The notes under the pieces: generated by a model
The model's database searches: none
What the model saw: the letters and a program-made list of their open reading frames with translations, nothing else
What the model was told of the DNA's origin: nothing
Position numbers and translations under genes: made by a program
Source of the DNA: the human T2T-CHM13v2.0 reference genome, Homo sapiens
Reading direction: 5' to 3' (one strand)
NCBI RefSeq assembly: GCF_009914755.1
Contig: NC_060927.1
Length of the DNA stretch: 64,000 nucleotides
Shown: piece after piece, positions 55,809 to 64,000 of the stretch
Layout of the letters: the number at the start of each line of letters is the position of its first letter
Position numbering within the stretch: position 1 is the stretch's first letter

Positions 55809-58800
55809 TGTGAAAGAAAAATAAATCTTTGGGCCCCAAAATCACTAAGTTAAAGGGAAAAGTCAAGCTGGGAACTGCCTAGGACAAACCTGCCTCCCAT
55901 TCTATTCAAAGTCATCCCTCTGCTCACTGAGATAAATGCATACATATCTGATTGGCCATTTTGGAAAGGCTAATCAGAAACTCAGAAAGAATGCAACCAT
56001 TTGTCTCTCACTTACCTATGACCTGGAAGCCCTGCCCCTCTTCAAATTGTCCTGCCTTTCCAAACCAAACCAGTGTTTGTCTTACATATGTTGATTGATG
56101 CCTCATGTCTCCCTAAAATGTGTAAAACCAAGCTGTGCTCTGACCATCTTGGGCTCATGTCTTCAGGACTTCCTGAGGCTGTGTCGCAGGCACACATCCT
56201 CAACCTTGGCAAAATAAACTCTCTAAATTAACTGACCTGTCTCAGATTTGTGGGGTTCACATTTTGGTAACATGAAGGGATTGTGAGTGGAGGTACCCCT
56301 GACCTTTGACAAATCTCCTATCGGTGCTTGGCACCAGCATGAGCTGTCTATATAGCTCAAACCAACAGGACAATTTGCTGAGGCCTGGAAGCACCTCCTC
56401 CAGAGAATCCCTGATTGCCCACAATTTGGTCAAGACCTAAAGTTTATTTTGCTGTATAATTTCCTTTTTTTTGGAGTTTACTTGCTTCCAACACAAGGAA
56501 GGCAAGTTTTTCCTGCTTCCATGACAATGGCAAGCAGGTTACTCCTTTATGGAGTTTGAGCTTGCTTCCAACAGGGAAGATGAATATTTTTTTTTCCTGC
56601 ATCTAGAATGGTAGAGAACAGTCTTCAGCCTGAGATCCATCCCTAGGTAAGTAAATGAATTGGGGTTTGCCTCGGACAAAGTTAAGATTAACAACCATCT
56701 GGTCTTAATTTCTCATTACCATTAGAGTGCTCAGTAATTGTATAAATTGTGCAATCCTTTGTTTTTTCACTTAACTGTTTTTGTTGTCGTTCTTTGTTTC
56801 TGTTTTTGTTGTTGTTTCTTTGTTTCTGCTTTTGTTGTTGTTTCATCTTTTTCCAATTGAGTTTGACCAGCTCTATCCAACTTGATCAAATCTGAAGCAA
56901 AGTTCCAAATCATGGGGAACAAAGCTTCTGAAGTGGCTGAATTCCACACACACAAAAAGGTGGTATGGTTGGGGGAAAAAATGGCCAGCAAAAAGAAAAA
57001 GAAAAAGGAAAGATTTTTAATTTTGACTACTTAAGGTGCTTTATTTACATAACAAGGCCACCTTTGTGCTAGCCAGGCCAAACTGAAAAAACAACGGCTA
57101 TTGCCCCATGCTGCAGTTCCCTTGCTAAGCATTCTGCCTTTTTTTTTTTTTTCCCACCGTGACAGCCTGGGTTTGGTTCCTAAATCAAGCCCTTTCTGGT
57201 TTGATACTTGGTACTTCTGAAATAGCAGCAATTTGCCCTAGCTGAAATATGGTAATGAGATTTTAAATGATCTTTTTAAAGGAGCTCAATGGTTAAAAGT
57301 CAGCTTAATTAAAAGCTGACATCCAAGATGCATGTGCATATGTGTACATGTGTGTGTTGGTATTTAAAAGGCCTTCATGTTGTTGTTTGTTTTTTCTCTC
57401 CTCGGACTTTGTCTATTTTTTGAGCAAAAGTTTTTTTCTCCTCCGTTGACTGAATTCTGTTTTCTTCATTTATTTCTGCTGTCTCTCCTTTCTCTTGCAC
57501 CTTCTGTTGCATGAGGGACCTAAAATAGCTTATAATAGCTGGGGTTCCTTAAAGAAAATGGAGAAGGTGCCAGACTCCCTTTTGGGGAGAAATCTCTATT
57601 TCTCCTTATGGAATCCTAAGAGTGTAAATAGACAAGTTTGTCTCAGCTCTTAAACTGCTTGGCTTTTGTATTGTGTTACCTGATTTTTGACTAAAATAGT
57701 TATTGCAACAGAGGCTTTTCTTGGGTTTTTAAGGAAGAGTGTAGTTTAGACACTTAGAAATGCCTTTGCTTTTAAAAAAATTTTTTTTAAGTGTGCTGTA
57801 AAAACAACACATGCCTCATAATAATTCTCCCCTTGGGAAACCCAGGATTCAGTATGGGCTCTGCCCAGAGCTCAGAGATCCATTTAAAAGAAAGGTAGTC
57901 CCTATCTAAATAAAATTGGTCTCCTTATACAGTCCTACAATAGATTTCCATAACTTTATGTTTGATTTGGCATCCATCTTTAGTATCCCTCTAGCACACC
58001 AGACTTTTTCTCTCCATACCTTATAATGTAAATTTTGCTATTTGATTTTCACCTGAGTTGTTTCCTTTAATCTGCAAATGTAAGGCTATTTAGCTGACAA
58101 CTGCCCAGGATTGTGAAACAGGTTATCAAGAATCTGAAAGTCCAAGATAGGAAAAAAAAGAAAAGGTTTCTATGTATCTATAAGATGTACTTCTATTGGC
58201 ATGCCTAATATGTCTATATATTTATGTGTTGTCTACACAGTGTTTTAGTACTGAAAATATATATTAAAAAAACTCTAATTAATTGGCTTAAAGAAAAATA
58301 AAAGTACTTAAATCAAATACTTTATCAGAAAAGGAAAGACTAGTCAAATGCTTTTTCAAGTTTACATGACTTAAGTAAAATCTTTATAAATAAGCTAGCT
58401 TTAAAATGATTGGTAAAGTAACATCAAAAATGTCTTAAGAATTGCCAGCACACATTTTTGTTTGCATATATTGATCAAGCAATTTCATACTCATCTCTGC
58501 CAAATACTATACGGGTCAAAATTTGGCATAGGTGTTATAAAACTATAAACCCACCCCAAAACAGAATGATCTTTGCTTGTGTAATCTTTAATAAATAAGA
58601 CATTGGCATTGGTTTAATACAAATAGCTACATCTTGAATTTAGTAAGATTACCATAACTTCTAATCTTGTGGTTTTAGACAGTCTAGTCCACAGGCAATG
58701 AGGTTTGTTTTGGGAAAGGACTTTTATCATCTTTATTTCAAAGCTAAACTATCAACTAATTTCCTCCCAAAGTTAGTTTGGCTGTTGTCCAGGAATGAAC

Positions 58801-61788
58801 AAGGACAGCTTGGAGGTTAAAAACAAGATGGAGCCAATTAGGTCAAAATTTTTTCACTGTCTTGTTATAATTTTGCAATGGTAGTTCCATAACTTTAAAT
58901 GATGACTATTGCAGTTTTCATAAATAATCTAGGTAAATAATTAGGTAAATGTAATGGGATAAATACTTGTATACAAACTCATCATAATTTAGAATCTAAA
59001 GTTATATTACATTAAATGATAGATATTTAATTATTTGAGTATTTTCCAATAAAAATATATTCATAGAAAAACATTCTTCTAAAAAAAGTGTGTTCTTTGT
59101 AAAAAAAAGGTGAACAATTTTTGTCTAATTCAAAGCTTATTTAAATGTCATATATAAAACAAGGTAAAAGGAACTAGGAAATAAGAGTGATAAAAAAAGT
59201 TATAAAAATAAAGAGGGGTTTTTTGGTAAGAAAGCTAAAAGAGAAATAATTTCATTAAGAAAGAATCTTGTATGGTAAATTTAGTCCTAGAATAAAATGA
59301 CTAGTTGTTTTAGAAAGAGGGATGTTCAGGACAACAACCAGAAAATCCAAGCGTGTCATGAATAGTCTGTGTAAATCACAGTAAGGATTTATTTAAAAAA
59401 AAAAACAAAAACAAAAACAAAAAACTTTTATATGATCAAGTTGTGTATAAACAAAAGGAAATTATAATGGTTTTTCTAGAGATTGAGCTTGATGTGAAAA
59501 GATTCTTATATACTAAATAATTGGTTAGAGCAATGAAATTTTCTTAAGGGATTGACTTAGTCATAGTTTATTATCAGAGATTTTCATTTTGTTTTAACCC
59601 AAAGTTCAACTTTTATTGCATCTCACTGTTGTCAGTTTTCTCTCCCCTTTTAAAAGATGAGAAATAGTAATGCTCTTCTTCAACTCATTTTCAGCTCATA
59701 TTAGTTTTCTTCCTTAAGTTCTGTTTATTGTGGCCTGATGCTAACAATGTTTTCTTAAGGTTCTAAAGGAAATGTTTTCTTCTAACATAATATTCTGTGC
59801 AGTGCAGAAGGTTTCTTTTGCCTTTTGGTAACTGGCCTAACAGATTTTACAGTTTATCAAAACAATTCCTATGTCATTATTATTATAAATTTTGGCTTGT
59901 TTAGAAGAGATTTAAAAATTTTTAAATTAAGGTTATTACATCTATATATCTCTATATATGCACTGTTAAAGTACTTTTGACATTGAGTTATAGGGCTTTG
60001 GCTCCTGGGTCTAGAAAGGACACCAAGTCCTGCTAAATTTTAAATACTGACAGCAAATAAAGCCCCATCTTCAGGCCCAGTAGAAGATACCAATCGAAAT
60101 AAACTGCCTTCCTGAGACACAGGGCCAGAAATACAAGCTGTTCAGCTCCTCGAGGCCCATGGACTATCGTGGAAGAGGTGCACATGTGAGATTGTAAGAG
60201 CTGATTTTGAGAGATAAAATAAGTTCAGCTTCTCTATAAATTATTTATTAATCTCAAAAGCACACTGATGCAAGACCAGTATATAGGCCCCTGTGTCAGA
60301 TTAACAAGGTTTTCTTGAAGCATTAACTGACCCTTAATAAAGGTTATAAAGTTTTTAAAAGGCTTATGGAAGTTATGTCTTATGGTCAAGATTAAAATTT
60401 TATAGATTGTTTATAAAATTTTGAAAAACGAATTGGCTTCTTGCTGTTTCTTTTAGGGTTTATTGATTGGAAAATGAAGTCTCCTCTCAAAGAAGGAAGG
60501 TTTTTGCCTTCTTTGGTATCCTTATCACTTTGGTTAAATGAATGACTTAGTTGATAATGACCTATGATCCTATTTTATGATATCAAGTGTTTTAAACTTT
60601 CGATATTTGACAAACTTCCCAAAATCAAATTATAAATTTGCCTCTTTCTGACCTAATTAATCCTTTAAGATATTAGTTCCCTAAAGTCCAAAAATAACAT
60701 ACTTGGTTTATTTGGTATAAAAATTATACAGGAAGCATTGTCATATATGATTTGGCTTTCTTTGGGCTGCATTTGTATAAATGTTATTCATATGTTTTCC
60801 AAAATTATGGAAAACTCCTATAATTCTGATATGACTTAGTGTACATTATCAGTAATAATTATAATTGTTATTGTGTGCCACAGAGGTAATAAATTTCCTT
60901 GTCAATTGTTTCTTTGACTATGGCTGCCCTACAGCCTTTTGTTATCCACTGAAAATTGTTGCCTTGTTTTGGTCCTCCTCAGAAGGTGGTTTTATAATCA
61001 GCTGTAAAACCCTAGCAGGTGCTCTTGAATGCAGGTTTCTGTTAACTTTTGGAGATTATGACATCAGAATAGAAGGAAAAATTTCAGGACTCATGGAGAG
61101 CTGAAGTGTTCATAAATATCAAGCAGTATAGGAATTAACTGCATGGACTGAACTAATAGAAGACTGAAGTAATCATTTTGACTTTTTGCTTAAAACATTG
61201 TTGATCCTTTGTTTTGTTTTTTTCAGAGTGAAGAAAGCCTTTCTTTTGAGCTATTGACAGCTTTTAACAAGTTAGGATACTCCTTTGAACAAAATTTGCA
61301 ACATATTTCTTTTCTCTCTACCTGATTTCTCCAGAATTTGGAAACTATTTGTGAGTATTCTTAACTTATGGCAATACAGTTATTTACATAAGTGCAATAA
61401 GAATCTGTTTTCATTTGTAACAGGACACAATTAGAGAAACTGGTTATTTTACCAAGGCTTTGACTGGAATGGTGTGCTTTCCTTTAAGGAATCAAACTTG
61501 ACTTATGGAGCCAATAAAACCCCTTTGGAAAAACTGGCCTCATACCTTGTCTACACAGTCTCTGTTCAGGGTTCTGATCTATAGTAGTAAAGTATGTCAC
61601 TTTCTGACAGGCTCAGGAGCCCCAAGTTTATCCTGGGACCTCAAGAGGAGAGGATCACCCAACTTATAGGTATTTGATGGTACATATCCATGGCTGGGCT
61701 CAGCTTTAAAAAAGTTTCATCTGAGATTCCTTCTGTGAAACAAAGTTCCATCAAAGCCAATTTAAAAGCCTATGTAAAAAATAATTAT
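55809..61788 (+). mobile_element. MER4A1 5' LTR (55809-56261) plus non-coding MER4 internal region
   Basis: 'tgtgaaagaaaataaatc...ggggttcaca' then 'ttttggtaac'; AT-rich MER4-int homologous to 33690-36177. Confidence 0.85.
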
Positions 61789-62826
61789 GAGGGAGGGCAG
61801 CCAAGATGGCCAAATAGGAACAGCTCCGGTCTACAGCTCCCAGCGTGAGCGACGCAGAAGACGGGTGATTTCTGCATTTCCATCTGAGGTACCGGGTTCA
61901 TCTCACTAGGGAGTGCCAGACAGTGGGCTCAGGACAGTGAGTGCAGCACACCATGCGCGAGCCAAAGCAGGGTGAGGCATTGCCTCACTCAGGAAGCGCA
62001 AGGGGTCAGGGAGTTCCCTTTCCTAGTCAAAGAAAGGGGTGACAGACGGCACCTGGAAAATCAGGTCACTCCCACCCTAATACTGCGCTTTTCCAACGGG
62101 CTTAAAAAACGGCGCAACAGAAGATTATATCCCGTACCTGGCTCGGAGGGTCCTATGTCCATGGAGTCTCGCTGATTGCTAGCACAGCAGTCTGAGATCA
62201 AACTGCAAGGTGGCAGCGAGGCTGGGGGAGGGGCGCCCACCATTGCCCAGGCTTGCTTAGGTAAACAAAGCAACCGGGAAGCTCGAACTGGGTGGAGCCC
62301 ACCACAGCTCAAGGAGGCCTGCCTGCCTCTGTAGGCTCCATCTCTGGGGGCAGGGCACAGACAAACAAAAAGACAGCAGTAACCTCTGCAGACTTAAATG
62401 TCCCTGCCTGACAGCTTTGAAGAGAGAAGTGGTCCTCCCAGCACACAGCTGGAGATCTGAGAACGGGCAGACTGCCTCCTCAAGTGGGTCCCTGACCCCT
62501 GACCCCCGAGCAGCCTAACTGGGAGGCACCCCCTAGTAGGGGCAGACTGACACCTCACATGGCCAGGTACTCCTCTGAGACAAAACTTCCAGAGTAATGA
62601 TCAGGCAGCAGCATTCACAGTTCACGAAAATCCGCTGTTCTCCAGCCACCGCTGCTGATACCCAGGCAAACAGCGTCTGAAGTGGACCTCTAGCAAACTC
62701 CAACAGACCTGCAGCTGAGGGTCCTGTCTGTTAGAAGGAAAACTAACAAACAGAAAGGACATCCACACTAAAAACCCACCTGTACATCACCATCTTCAAA
62801 GACCAAAAGTAGATGAAACCACAAAG
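61789..62826 (+). promoter_or_regulatory. L1 5'UTR internal sense/antisense promoter with YY1 site at 61801-61810
   Basis: CCAAGATGGC intact; the main CpG-retaining stretch of the window. Confidence 0.75.
62061..62243 (-). pseudogene. L1 ORF0 remnant, 60 aa
   Basis: MVGAPPPASLPPCSLISDCCASNQRDS...RVGVT then a premature TGA. Confidence 0.8.
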
Positions 62827-63823
62827 ATAGGGAAAAAACAGAGCAGAAAAACTGGAAACTCTAAAAAGCAGAGCGCCTCTCCTCCTCCAAAGGAATGCAG
62901 TTCCTCACTGGCAACGGAACAAAGCTGGACAGAGAATGACTTTGATGAGTTGAGAGAAGAAGGCTTCAGACAATCAAACTACTCTGAGATACAGGAGGAA
63001 ATTCAAACCAAAGGCAAAGAAGTTAAAAACTTTGAAAAAAATTTAGACGAATGTATCACTAGAATAACCAATACAGAGAAGTGCTTAAAGGAGCTGATGG
63101 AGCTGAAAACCAAGGCTTGAGAACTATGTGAAGAATGCAGAAGACTCAGGAGCTGATGCGATCAACTGGAAGAAAGGGTATCAGTGATGGAAGATGAAAT
63201 GAATGAAATGAAGTGAGAAGGGAAGTTTAGGGAAAAAAGAATAAAAAGAAATGAACAAAGCCTCCAAGAAATATGGGACTATGTGAAAAGACCAAATCTA
63301 TGTCTGATTGGTGTACCTGAAAGTGACGGGGAGTTGGAAAACACTCTGCAGGATATTATCCAGGAGAACTTCCCCAATCTAGCAAGGCAGGCCAACATTC
63401 AGATTCAGGAAATACAGAGAACACCACAAAGATAATCCTCAAGAAGAGCAACTCCAAGACACATAATTGTCAGATTCACCAAAGTTGAAATGAAGGAAAA
63501 AATGTTAAGGGCAGCCAGAGAGAAAGGTCGGGTTACCCACAAAGGGAAGCCCATCAGACTAACAGCGGATCTCTCGGCAGAAACTCTACAGGCTAGAAGA
63601 GAGTGGGGGCCAATATTCAACATTCTTAAAGAAAAGAATTTTCAACCCAGAATTTCATATCCAGCCAAACTAAGCTTCATAAGTGAAGGAGAAATAAAAT
63701 ACTTTACAGATGCTAAGAGATTTTGTCACCACCAGGCCTGCCCTAAAAGAGCTCCTGAAGGAAGCACTAAACATGGAAAGGAACAACCGGTACCAGCCGT
63801 TGCAAAATCATGCCAAAATGTAA
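62827..63823 (+). pseudogene. L1 ORF1 (disrupted)
   Basis: Start ATG>ATA, several TGA stops, about 12-bp deletion near 63333, about 8-bp frameshift near 63710; peptide MKEKMLRAAREKGRVTHKGKPIRL. Confidence 0.9.
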
Positions 63824-64000
63824 AGACCGTCGAGACTAGGAAGAAACTGCCTCAACTAACGAGCAAAATAACCAGCTAACATCATAATGACAGGATCAAA
63901 TTCACACATAACAATATTAACTTTAAATGTAAATGGACTAAATGCTCCAATTAAAAGACACAGACTGGCAAATTGGATAAAGAGTCAAGACCCATCAGTG

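Larger units (their letters stand above)
61789..64000 (+). mobile_element. L1PA3/L1PA4 with complete 5'UTR, dead ORF1 and start of ORF2 (runs off window)
   Basis: 'gccaagatggccaaataggaacagctccgg'; ORF2 ATG at 63887 (MTGSNSHITILTLNVNGLN). Confidence 0.95.

Overview
Primate (human-like) non-coding genomic DNA. By eye roughly two-thirds is interspersed repeat: Alu J/S/Y, L1PA/L1M, L2, MIR, MaLR (THE1/MST/MLT1), ERVL (MLT2, LTR16/33), MER4-group ERV1 and hAT/Tigger DNA transposons. I find no credible protein-coding gene, RNA gene, CpG island (other than the L1 5'UTR) or CRISPR-like array. The ORF-track entries are repeat-derived (Alu, L1 ORF0/1/2, MaLR internal, Tigger3 transposase) or chance. 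Main structures: a full-length THE1D provirus inside an AluJ (343-2689); a MER34-type provirus splitting an L2 (32149-36665); a dense MER4-group ERV1 cluster (41-62 kb); and the 5' end of an L1PA3/4 element inside a MER4A1 provirus (61789-end). I could not support a new biological system. The best leads are a possible DUX4-responsive THE1D promoter with a downstream non-coding exon, several fossil rearrangement or repair scars, and a few motif-rich unique segments. Subfamily names come from recalled consensus sequences, not a database search. Boundaries of old repeats are approximate.
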